Source: Carcharhinus amblyrhynchos (taxonomy: Eukaryota). Taken from it: 64,000 nucleotides of DNA. The stretch is taken from NCBI GenBank assembly GCA_965287045.1, contig OZ336870.1:117180001-117244000 (forward strand), in the 5' to 3' direction. Shown piece after piece: positions 24,648-35,666 of this stretch. The position numbers and the translations under genes were made by a program. Positions within the stretch are counted from its first letter, which is position 1, and the number at the start of each line of letters is the position of its first letter. Below the pieces are notes generated by a model. The model was not told the origin of the DNA and searched no databases. It was given only the letters and a program-made list of their open reading frames with translations.

Positions 24648-26532
24648 TTGCTGGAAAATGTAGTACAATGTGGGAAAATGTGAAGTTGTTCATTTTGGAA
24701 GGGAGAACGAAAGAATAGAGTATTACATAAAATAGAGAAAAAAACTGCAGAAAGCTGCAACACAAAAGGGGTTTGGGGGTAATTATGCACGAAACACAGA
24801 AAGGTGGCTCACATATGCAGCAGGTAATCAGAAAGGCTAATGGAATGTTGGCTCTTATTCCAAGGGCTTTGAAAGTCTTGCTGCAACTGTACAAGGTACT
24901 GGTGAGACCACATCTGGATTACCGAGAACTGTTCTAGTTCTCTTATTTAAGGAAAGATATTATTTCACTGGGGGCAGTTCAGAGAAGGTTTACTAGGATG
25001 ATCCCCAGTGTGGAAGGATTGTCTTATGAAGCAAGGTTAAACAGGTTGGGATTCTACTTATTGGAATATAGAAAACTGACAGGTGATCTCATTGAAACAT
25101 GTGGGATTCTTATGGGGTATGACAGGGAGAATGCTGAGGATGTTTCACCACATGGGAAAGTCTATAAAGCAGAGAGTTGGTATCAATGGGTGCTATTCTG
25201 GTTGGCAGTTGGTGATTAGTGGAGTGCCGCAGGGATCGGTGCTGGGGCCTCAACTGTTTACCATTTACATAGACGATCTGGAGGAGGGGGCAGGGTGACA
25301 AAATTTGCTGATGACACGTAGATGAGTGGAAAAGCAAATTGCGTGGAGGATGTGGAAAGTCTGCAGAGAGATCTGGATAGGCTGAGTGAGTGGGCTAGGA
25401 CCTGGCAGATAGAGTATAACGTTAGCAAATGTGAGGTTATCCACTTTGGGAGAAATAATAGTTGGAGGGATTATTATTTAAAGGGTGAAAAGCTGCAGCA
25501 TGCTACAGTGCAGAGGGACCTGGGGGTCCTTGCGCACGAATCGCAAAAACCCAGACTGCAGGTGCAGCAGGCGATCAAGAAGGCGAATGGAATGTTGGCC
25601 TTTATAGCGAGGGGGATAGAATATAAAAGTAGGGAGGTCTTGCTGCAACTGTACAGGGTACTGGTGAGGCCGCAGCTGGAGCACTGTGTGCAGTTTTGGT
25701 CCCCGTATTTGCAAAAGGATATATTGGCCTTGGAGGGAGTACAGAGAAGGTTCACCAGGCTGATACCGGAGATGAGGGAGTTAGCTCATGAAGAGAGATT
25801 GAATAGACTGAGTCTGTACTTGTCAGAGTTTAGAAGGCTGAGGGAGGATCTTATAGAGATGTACAAGATAATGAAGGGGATGGATAGGGTAGAGGTAGAG
25901 AGATTCTTCCCGCTTCGAAAGGATAGCAGGACTAGAGGGCACAGCCTCAAAATAAGGGGAGGGCAGTTTAGAATGGAGTTGAGGAGGAACTTCTTCACTC
26001 AAAGGGTGGTGAATCTCTGGAATTCTCTGCCCATTGAAGTGGTGGAGGCTACCTCACTGAATATATTTAAGCCTCGGGTAGCTGGATTTCTGATAGACAG
26101 GGGAATTAAGGGTTATGGGGAGAAAGCGGGGAAGTGGAACTGATTCACTTCAGATCAGCCATGATCTTATTGAATGGCGGGGCAGGCTCGAAGGGCTAGA
26201 TGGCCTACTCCTGCTCCTATTTCTTATGTTCTTATGTTCTAGGACCAGAGGGCATAGACTCAGTATAAGCCAATTTAAGACTGAGATGAGGAATTTCTTT
26301 TCTCAGAAGGCTGAGTGTCTTTGGAACTACTTTCCACAGAGAGCTGCGGGGGTGATATCATTGTGTAATATGTCAGGCTGAGATAGACAGATTTTTGATC
26401 AGTTAGGGAATCAAGGGTTATGGAGAAAGGGCAGGAAAGTGAATGTGAGGAATATCAGATCAGCCATGATTCTATTGAATTGCAGAGCGGACTTGAAGGA
26501 CCAAACAGCCGACTCCAGTTCTTATTTCTTAT
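24648..26532 (+). mobile_element. Older CR1 LINE 3' part (24648-25164 plus 26238-26532), split by a younger CR1
   Basis: KCEVVHFG, QQVIRKANGMLA, LVRPHLDY, QRRFTRMIP. The sequence GKS|RTRGH is rejoined by removing the insert. It has its own tail at ~26455-26530. Confidence 0.85.
25165..26241 (+). mobile_element. Younger 5'-truncated CR1 (HER1-like) LINE with a 273-aa open ORF2 C-terminus (25322-26143)
   Basis: [35 protein letters not shown] (TAG at 25319-25321), LQRDLDRLSEWA, LVRPQLEHCVQFWSP, RNFFTQRVVNLWNSLP. Tail (ttcttatg)2; tcta at both junctions. Confidence 0.95.
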
Positions 26533-27185
26533 GCCTTCCTCCTTGGATACTATCACTCCTACATCCTCCCTCCCCCTGCCAGCTTCACCCATCCACTGCC
26601 ACCTTCCTTGCCCCTCCCCCCACCACTACAGCCCCAAGACTTTTCTCCACTCCCCCCGCCCTCACCACCCTTCACCTCATTCTTACCAGCGTATGGCAAA
26701 AAACCTGCAGCTCCGGAGCAGGTCTGCCAGCTGCGAAGAAGCTGCTGTATGGGCATGCCCCATCCTTCAATGAGCTGCATCGTGACAGTACCATCGGCAC
26801 GAGGATCCACCAACCATTTGAGGCATGAAGAATTCCGGAGCTGCAGGCCTCCAACTTTGCCTTCTGAGCAAGGCCTCAAAGGTAAGTCCTGACTTGTGAA
26901 CACCACCTTGGTCCAGATGCGGACTAGTGTCACGGAGAATCGGACATGCAGGGTCAGACCTTGAGTTGCATCCATTAGTGTGTTGCCAATCAGTTTCATG
27001 CCAGCCTCCAGTAGGATTCCCTATCCTCCATGGCGAGCACCAGCAGAAGATCCAGTGAGAAATTCACTCCAGCGTAAAACCGATATTTAGGCTTCCTGCT
27101 GAATTGTACCCACCTCGCACCTGCACAGTGAGCGACTGTACGGATATGGAAGAATTCTGCCCCTAGTTCCTATGAACTTTATGTT

Positions 27186-27498
27186 AAGTTTAAATTCATT
27201 TATTAGTTTGTTTATTAGTAGCCTTACTCTAACACTGCAATGAAGTCATTGTGAAAATCCCCCAGTTGCCATACCCCAGCACCTGTTCAGGTACACCGAG
27301 AGAAAATTTAGCATGGCCAATGCACCTAACCAGCAGATCTTTTGGACTGTGGGAGGAATCCTGAGCACCTGGAGGAAATACACGCAGACACAGGCAGAAT
27401 GTGCAGGCTCCACACAGACAGTGGCCCAAGCCAGGAATTGAACCCGGATCCTTGGCGCTGAAAGGCAGCAATGCTAACCACAGTGCCACCGTGCCGTC
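27186..27498 (-). mobile_element. V-SINE with alternative (Rex1-like) tail
   Basis: Reverse complement of 9914-10199: tttattagt...aacactgcaatgaagt...gtgaaaatcccc...ccacacagacagtggcccaagccaggaattgaacccgg...ctaaccacagtgccaccgtgcc. Confidence 0.9.
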
Positions 27499-28108
27499 CT
27501 ACGAACTCACCCTTACCGTATGAACTTATACTTTCCAAAATATTGTAAAGGCTGCAAGATACAAAAGAACCAACAAAGCAGCAAATAACAAGAACATCTA
27601 AAGAAACACCCAGGGAGACCACTGGAAAGAAAGAAAGAGAACACAAAGAGTAGATTTCAAAAGAAACTGAAAAAAAAAATGAAAATGGAAGACAGAGAAA
27701 AAAAAACACAGCCTCCACTAATAGTTGAACAAGAACAACTAAAGTAGAAACACATTTCTATTCAAAGGTGACAAAGGACTGGAAAGAAGCAAAATACACA
27801 TCAGAGAATGTTCTTTGAAAATCTCGCCAAACAATCAGAAACAGGGAAACATGAAAGAGCAGTACAATCTTACAAGGAAGCTTGCAGGGATGTGTCAAAT
27901 AGGAGACAAGTCAGTGAAGAACAAAGTGGAACAGCATGAATAAAACAAAACGAACAGCTCAAAAAACGGACAGAACTTTTCAAGCTAATTTGACCTACTC
28001 TAGCCGATCCCCAGACATTTCACCAACAGAAATCTCTTTCCAGATAAATACAAGCAAATCTGAGTGAAGGAATCAAAGGAACTATAGAGTGGGAGAGAAT
28101 CAACTCGT

Positions 28109-28491
28109 ATTTATGTCCCTTTCACAATGTCATTTTTTTTTTCAAAACGTTTTACCATAAATTAACTACTTTTGAAATACAGTCAGTATTGTAATGTGGG
28201 AAATGCAGCAGCTAATTTCTGCACAACATGGTCTCATTTACAGTGCTAAAATAAATGGCCAACTCATCTATTTTAGGTGTTAGCTCAATGATAAATGTTA
28301 GCCAGGATACCAGGAGAATTCTCTGCTCTCCTTCAAATAATGCTGTGAAATCTTTGACATCCATATCGAATAAACATTGCATCCAAAAGTTGACACCTCC
28401 AACAGCGCAAGCTAGATTATATGGTCAAGTAGGACTTGAACTCACAACCTCATCATAGAAACAAGAGTGTCACCACTCACCCACAGCTGAC
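28109..28491 (-). mobile_element. Deu-domain SINE (SacSINE1-like)
   Basis: Reverse complement of 56040-56460: cctttcacaa...tacttttgaa...ttgtaatgtgggaaatgcagcagctaattt...gatAaatgttagccagga...ggacttgaactcacaacct...ccacagctgac. Confidence 0.75.
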
Positions 28492-29384
28492 GCGTACCAG
28501 GCCTGGATGGTATTTACTCACTATCCAGTAGAAACATCTACTGAACTACTGCTTCAAACCTTCAAGAAGATGCGAGAAACAGAAGGAACATCTAGCGACT
28601 AAAAATATGACTATATCATAACGTTAACCAAGAAAGGTGATTAAGTAATTGCAAGGCATCATATTGCTTTCCATGCCAGCAGAAGTTTTGAAACATAACT
28701 ACGCTTGAAAAACTGAAGACAACATTTGACAACAGTCAGAGTCCAGAAAGTTGCTTTCCAAAAACACAGTACATGCAATGGCTTTATGTGTACCGTGCCA
28801 CAGTGAAACAATCAATTAAATGGAACTCCCTTCTCTGCCTCACAGTCATACATTGTGACAAGGTATTTGATAGTACACGTTAAAATATCTTGTGAAAATT
28901 GATGTGATGCTATGGACTACCCGAGCCATATATTACCATAACCTAAAAAAGACTAAATTCATCATGCAACGTAACGCATAATGAAACACTCAAAGAATCC
29001 TTTGGGGGAAACTGGAATACAACAGGGGTGAGTGTTGCTGCCTTTGTTGTTTTTCTCAGTCATGGACGGAATAACGTGAAGGACAAAGCCTCATCATGCA
29101 CTGATATTTACAAATGGATGATTTAATCTTTACCAATTACCTTCTAAAGCAATAACATATGCAGAACAAGGCTAAGACTATCAGTAACAACAAAAGTAGG
29201 CTTCAATGTAGAAAAAAATCTAAAAAAAGCAATACTAAAAATGACTGGGTTCTCCATTTACAATAACCCTTTGTGGATACAGACTGTCTTGGATGGATCA
29301 TTAACAATGATGGAGGAACTGACAAAGTTATTCACACAGACATAGGAAAGTAGACAACTACATTCTAATTCCCAAGGCTCTTCT

Positions 29385-29706
29385 AGAAGAATCCCTACAG
29401 TGCAGAAGGAGGTCATTTAGTCAATTAAGTCTGCACTGACTCCCTGATACAGCATCTTATCCTTTACCCATAATCCCATGTATTTACCCCGGTAATTCCC
29501 CTAGCCCTACAAATCTTGTGACACGAAGGGAAATTTACCATGGCCAATCCACCTATCCCACACATCTTTTGAGGAAACCAGAGCACCTGAAGGAAACCCA
29601 TGCAGACATGGGTACAAGGTGCAAACTGCACACAATCATCCAAGGCCAGTATTGAACCCGTGTCTCTGGTGCTGTGAGGCAACAGTGCTAACTACTGTGC
29701 TGTCCT
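29385..29706 (-). mobile_element. HE1-type V-SINE with CR1-type tail
   Basis: agaatccctacagtgcagaaggagg tail; gaaacccatgcagacatggg core; attgaacccg B box. Confidence 0.85.
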
Positions 29707-32700
29707 TCAACCAAGAATAATTTCTGGACTTTCATTATGCAATCAACCTAGTGAAACAGCTGCACCCCAGAGAAAGCATTGTGAAATACAAAGCTCTGTC
29801 TCTCTGATCTTTTCTGTCAATTGCACTATGTTTCATTTACACAAGGGAATGAAGTTTCAATACTTGCAGTTTCACTATTGATACTGGATGGTTGACATTT
29901 TATAGGACAAGAGTAAAAAGGAGGTCCTTTTTAATAAAATGGAAACTTATCAAAGAATGACTGTTTTGTACAAGTTTTTTTACACATATTATTCTCACTA
30001 TCGGGTCCATTGTGCCTATATGGTGCTTAGTAGGTGAACAAGGATGGAAATGCCACAGCTTGGCATCTGGGAATGAGGGTGGATGTGGAGCCATGGGAGT
30101 GTGTAGAAGCTGAGGGGTGTGGGGTGTGGGCTGGAGAACTTTTTTTTTTTAATTATAGCTGAGATGAAGTCCCACAGTACTAAGCTAGACCTATTAAACA
30201 GGCCACCTCATCACCCATTAGCTCTTGCGGCTATCTTCAAATTTTTTTCTGGGTTTGGTGGCTCGACACGCACCCATCCCAAATCCCCATTTTTCTGACA
30301 CTTTTTCCCAAGAGGAGCAGACTGTGCCAGGTATTCTCTCGACTCCCACTACTCACCTCAGGTTTAAGTTCCAGTCCATCTTAAAAGCCCACATTGGGAA
30401 TTTTAATTATGAAATATGGATGGGTCAACTTGCGGGGGAGGTGTGGGGTTTAAATTGTGAAAAATCGGATTCCCAACACCAAAGTACTCCAATCTACCCA
30501 CTTCCAACTTTAAACAAAGTGGGACAATGGATGGGTGACCAACTCAGTGATGTAGTTCTGGCTTTGTTATTTAATCTTACAACTTATCTACGGACAGCCA
30601 ATAACGGATTCCAAGAGGCAAGTAGTTTATACCTCTTCGCTATATATCAACTTGTCTGCCTTGGCAACCATTCATGATTGATGCCTGACCTATCCATGCT
30701 TAATAGGGGCCTTTAGTTTACTCCCTGTCTGAGCCCACTGACCTCCACCAAGTCCCCTCCGTCAAAGGCCACTTCCCACCTGAGGACACTGATATGTCTC
30801 TTGTTCCCTCTCTCCATTTTCTATCCCCTTTCCAGGGTCTCCAAATGCCCTTCTCAAAACCCACTGCCTACTCTGCCCCACATCCCAGGATTGTCTTCTG
30901 CCAGCGAGGACCGTCCTTCGCCCACCAGCACTGGAGGTCTTGCCCTCCCCCACAACCACTCATTTCCCCCAAACCTCATGTTTTTAATCGATTCTCCACC
31001 CCTGGGCTGGGAAAGTAAATTCCACTTTCAAACACTGAAGTAAAATGGGTGCCCTGATGCAATCTTAGAGAGAAACAAAAACTGTGATTAACAAGTTACG
31101 GACATTTGACAATAAATATCCAGACATAATCTTGAGGATTCACTGTCAATGATGATCATGAATGACCAACTATAGAGCCAAAACAAGTGGTAGATAATAG
31201 ATTAGTAAATCAAATAGGAAATTTGAGTAGGATTGAGCATAATCTGAAAATACTCTCAAATCCGTGGCACTGTCCAGTTGTTAAAATGTAGTCCCCAAAG
31301 AAAAGGAAGAGCATAAACCAGTTAAGCTAGAACCTCAAGCATTTAAATGAAAATAGTGAACGACATATGGGATCAGTTGGAAGTGATTTCTCAAGACAGA
31401 GTTCGATGGTGAGTGGCAGTAGAGACTCTATATTCCACATGGAGTAATAAGACTGAGTGATGATTGGAGAATGTAACTAAGAAAATCAGTAACAGCTCCT
31501 CAAGGTCGGTCAATGGGTTTACCAAACTTTAAAGCTGCAAAAGCTTTGGAGCACCATTATCCCACTGATCCTTTCTCCTTCTTCGTCTATTTTACTTATC
31601 GGTCTTCCATCCCTGAAGACATTCTGAAAATGCTGGTTACTCTCTAGTACAATGCTCAAGCAATCATTTCTTGTATACGAGTCCTGTCAGTAACACACTG
31701 CTTGACTACCGGGGCAGGACATTCAGGATTAGCTGCAGATGCTGCCACCCACACGCATTCAAGCGGAAGACGCTAAACAGCATCAGGGGCTGAAATTTCT
31801 GCTCTCATTGGGAGGATGGAGGATGGGTGGGTGGATGATATTGGCACTTGATGGACTCATAACTGTGAGCACCACGGCAGCAGCACCATGTCCACTGCCT
31901 GTCTCTGGAGAGTATTTTATTCACATTGGTTGGCCCGCTTGCCCATGAGTCAGTTCAGAGCCTTTAGTGACTGATTAATGACCACTTAACTAACTCCTTT
32001 CTTCACCGCTGGCATTTTCCTGCAGCGGGAGAAGTTGATGCCAATTGTTCAGGCCACCAAGTGAAAGCTGGCAGCATTGTGGTCAGAGTGGGGGGTGCTC
32101 ATCAGAGACACTTTGACAGGTATTCCCCGGCAATGTTTCTCTTTTCCAACCCCATCCTGTCCATTCCAGCCCCACAATCCCCCTTGCTCGAACCCACCAG
32201 CTGTGACCCTGACAAGATCATGGGCTTATCTTCCTCTGGGTCCCTGGCTCCTTCAGCGGGCTGCTTGCGGTCCCAGTAGCGGCCATCAATCCTGATGAAT
32301 CCTTACTGGGATGAGAACTGCTGGCTATTTGGTTGGCTGGTAGCTCTCAGGGATGTGACTCGCTCTTGGGTAGAAGTGCAAGTCCCATCTCAGATCAATG
32401 TAAGGCCTGCTGGCCAGTAGGTGCCTTTGGGTGAGTGTACCAAGAACACACAGGCACACTTCTTGCCTTTATGCCAGGCTTTCACAAAATACAGCCCCAG
32501 GAGTGGTTTATCTTCTATTCATTTCACTCTCCAATTTTTTCCTCCCCTCTTTCCAGATGTGTTAAACCATTTACAACACCCTTTGTGAAATCAACTACTT
32601 CATAGGGGTTGAACCTAACTTCTTCTAGAGCTGCACGTGAGGGACTTGCATCCACTGGAGTAGTCTCCTTCACAGATTACTTTAGTTAAGCGAACAACAA

Positions 32701-33270
32701 CCTAGGGATAAGTTTTGTCTTTGTTGCATAGGTGATATCAAGGCAATAAAAGTCAGATGGGTTTTATAATTTGTGGCAGATTATTTTTCTTATTAAACAG
32801 GGGCAACAAGATTCAATTTCACTCCCACCTCCACACAATTAAAAACAAAAGTGGCTCAACTTCAAGGATAATTGTGCGCCACAGTCTTTGCATCATGATA
32901 TTGATTAGTGAAGATCTGTCACAAATCTTGCTTTGTACAATAATTTCTGTCAGCAACATCATGCTAAGCTAAAGAGAAAAATATTCTGGAAAAAGAATCT
33001 TTTTTCTCCCATTCATCATCAACATTGTAAGGAATGAACCATTGATTGTCCAACAACAACTAAAGGTTTTGACAGCCTAAACTTATTGATGAGAGGAATT
33101 TTCACTCAAGGTAAAAGCTACTCTCAAAGGTTTCTCTTGTGGTGAACTCTCAGATATAGTTTACATGGCATGCATTGAATAGCTTCAGTGATCTGTTTTG
33201 GTCATGTAACATACAATTCTAAAAAATCTCAAGGGCAGAATCCTATATGCATCAGAAGTATCGTCCTTAC

Positions 33271-34251
33271 CTTTACATCATTAACATTCATCCTTGTTCC
33301 TTCCTTCCCAACAAATATGTCATCAACATCCACCAGAATGTATCTTTCCAAAGAGAGTGACAATTTCTTCCCTGAAAGGAAGCTGATGGCGTCCACAAAT
33401 ATCAGCTTGTGCAGCCAAAAGTTCAGGTTGTTGCCAAAGAGAACTCGCTGAATGCCATCGTGTAGCCCCAGATCCTGAACTACGGTGGCATGTAGAACCT
33501 CGTCGGTGATCTGATGTGGAATGTTTTCAGAAGGTCTTGGCTTGGCCAGTAACACAGGTTCATAGGTGGAGTGGTTGGACTGGAAGACAGTCCAGTCCTC
33601 TCCTGGGAGTGGACCTCTCTCAATTTCTTTAGCTTTGGTGATATGCAGCAAAGGAGATCGTGGGTTGATACAGCAATCCTTGAGGGCAAGGTTGGTGTGC
33701 AGGTTCAATGGAAAACCCTTCAACTGTGAGCTCTGTAAACTATTCTCATTCGCTTTGTGAAATGCAATAATGCCAACATTGTACTCCATGCAGTATTTAT
33801 CCAGCAGCTCTCTATTCCAGGAGTCCATATTCACATACTTTAAAATATTTTCATAGATAACAAGTGCATATCTTCCCCGATCTTTGTTTGTAAGGGCAGG
33901 AATGTCCCCTTTACCAGGGGCAATTTCAGTGTGGTGTTTAAAATGGCTTGACTCTAAAATTGCCACAATGTCCTGCCCCAGTTGTGAATATTGACTCTCA
34001 ACAAATACCAGAACCATCGGGTCAGCTCTCGATGTATCAATAGGTTTTGCTGTTTTCATTTCAAACAATCTGTATGGTAGAAGTTTGGGATCTCCACAGT
34101 CTTGCTCTGGAGTTGGCTTAGAAAGTTCCAACTCTTGCTTGTAGCTAGTATATAGGTAATATGCTGAGATAATAACACTCACCATGCAAAAGGCAGCCAG
34201 TAAGATCACCATCCTTCGCAAATGCCTACGAAACTTTATGACAAAATTCAT
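33271..34251 (-). CDS. NDST3: Bifunctional heparan sulfate N-deacetylase/N-sulfotransferase (NDST3/NDST4 group), first coding exon, 327 codons, partial CDS
   Basis: Uninterrupted ORF with a type II membrane anchor ([21 protein letters not shown]) and NDST motifs [81 protein letters not shown]. It ends at DVK with a phase-0 donor AAG|gtaagg (plus strand ccttac at 33265-33270). NDST3 versus NDST4 naming is not certain. Confidence 0.95.
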
Positions 34252-34570
34252 GTTTTGTTCTTTGTCACCTTTCTCCGCCTTTGTTGCCTTCTAGGATTCA
34301 ACAGTGAACAGAATGCAAACAACTTCTGCCAGTATGTCCCCGCACCTCATGTAACCATTGCAGAAACAATTACTGTCGTTCTTCATCAAAGCTGACAACT
34401 TGGCTCAACTCTCTTCTGGCTTTCTGTCGCTGATTACACAAAGGGTCATTGATTGTTTTTACCGCAATCTGAACATTGTTCCATCTTCGACTGAACTGAT
34501 ACCAATCCTGGGCCGAACTACTTTCGCAGCTGAAATTGTCTACCAGAAATTCCCGCTAGACAGATCCAAT
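34252..34570 (-). other. NDST3: 5' UTR portion of the NDST exon (319 nt) containing six upstream ATGs
   Basis: Lies between the predicted acceptor and the main ATG (context aaaacATG). Plus-strand cat triplets end at 34350, 34358, 34386, 34449, 34476 and 34484. Confidence 0.75.
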
Positions 34571-34600
34571 CTGCAGAAAAAGTATTACAGAAGTTAGGCA
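34571..34600 (-). promoter_or_regulatory. Splice acceptor with branch point for the NDST exon
   Basis: The minus strand reads tgcCTAACttctgtaatactttttctgcAG|attgg: consensus branch point with the A at 34594 (24 nt upstream), a pyrimidine tract and CAG. Confidence 0.8.
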
Positions 34601-35166
34601 GAGCGACTTTAATGAAGCACAAATATTCCACTTTTTTGCCCAGTACAGGCCAATTAAGAACCATCACAGTATGCCAAAGGGATTATACTTAATGGCAATT
34701 TAACTTTACATTTTGTGCTTGACCACCTGCCTTCTGGAAATCATGCAACTGAAGTGTTTTGTTTAGAAAGGAGGGAAAAGAACATTTCCTTCAATGGGTA
34801 TCCTTATCAAATTGTCTGTCTGTAGTGTATTTGCATTAATCAACAATACAATATTATGATTTATACATTGATTTTTTTTTCTCTGTTTCTCAGCTTTTTC
34901 CAACCTCAAGCATATACACAAGTGTCAGCACTTTTTAGATATGAGCAGAATAAAGAAAGCACAGTGCATGAAGTTGCAATGGAAAAATGTAACGCAAGTT
35001 TACTCAGTAGTGTGCTTAAGAATTTAGTTGACTGAATTTCTAAGATGGTTCTGGTACTCGTAGCTTCTCTTAAACAAGCTCATTTTCTTCATAAAGAGAT
35101 GATTAGAGTCATAGGGTGGAACCTTTGTTCTGGACACTAAGTCCCGTGGTGGGAGCAGTGACTTTG

Positions 35167-35294
35167 TGGTTGGAATTTTCTCGTCCCACCCACTACGGGA
35201 ATCTTAGCGGGTGAGACACAGACCACGCAAAGATCCGTTGACCTTGAATAGCATTTTCTGGTTTTGGGGTGAGTGCGGCTGGAAAATCCTGCCC
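35167..35294. mobile_element. Small MITE-like element (Harbinger-type termini)
   Basis: Imperfect terminal inverted repeats ggttggaattttc / gaaaatcctgccc. Similar ends occur at ~60385-60555. Confidence 0.5.
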
Positions 35295-35486
35295 TCTGTA
35301 TGACACGTGAGATCTTGTGTTGTTCAGCTCATTAGTTATGATCGTGCGTGGAGCATGTCAAATTCCATGGCGGGGCGGGCAAAAAGTAGCTTGCATTGCT
35401 TCCTGCATTAATTTCTGTCATTAAGCACTTCTGGATTGCCTCCAATATCCGGACACCATATTTAAACAGCACTGAACAACTATTTA

Positions 35487-35666
35487 AGTGAAAGCAAATT
35501 ACTGCGCTTGCTGCAATCTGAAACCAAAAGACAAAGTGCTGGAAAATCTCAGCAGGTCTGGCAGCAAGTGGGAGGAGAGAAAAGGGCTGATGTTTTGAGT
35601 CCAGGCAACACTTCGTCAAATTGACAAAAGGTTATCTGGACTTGAAACATCAGCTCTTTTCTCTCC
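35487..35666. mobile_element. Second palindromic Penelope-type insertion (different family) with two inverted hammerhead-like cores and a 13-bp TSD
   Basis: TSD gaacaactattta (35474-35486) / gaactactattta (35667-35679), 12 of 13 identical. 46-bp inverted arms 35574-35619 and 35621-35666 around a 1-nt centre. Confidence 0.85.

Larger units (their letters stand above)
27560..31458 (+). mobile_element. Highly decayed RTE-clade LINE, interrupted by SINEs and a DNA-transposon relic
   Basis: Remnants of I..L.KKGD (28615-28641), KQSIKWNS.L, DKVFDS, YGLP, TGIQQG*VLLPLLFF (29031-29076), and the RTE C-terminus WDQLEVISQDRVRW...VETLYST at 31368-31440. The 5' boundary is uncertain. Confidence 0.7.

Noticed and set aside
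25322-26143. 273-aa ORF as a host or domesticated gene
   Set aside because: It is the C-terminus of CR1 ORF2, preceded by a stop right after the FADD motif and followed by the LINE tail. It is a 5'-truncated copy.
33229-33270. C-terminal [13 protein letters not shown] of the 340-aa ORF as real protein
   Set aside because: It is read-through past a consensus AAG|gtaagg donor, at the point where NDST homology continues in the next exon. I saw no evidence for a truncated isoform.
34358-34597. 79-aa plus-strand ORF antisense to the NDST leader
   Set aside because: Non-ATG start, no recognisable motif, and a length within chance expectation.
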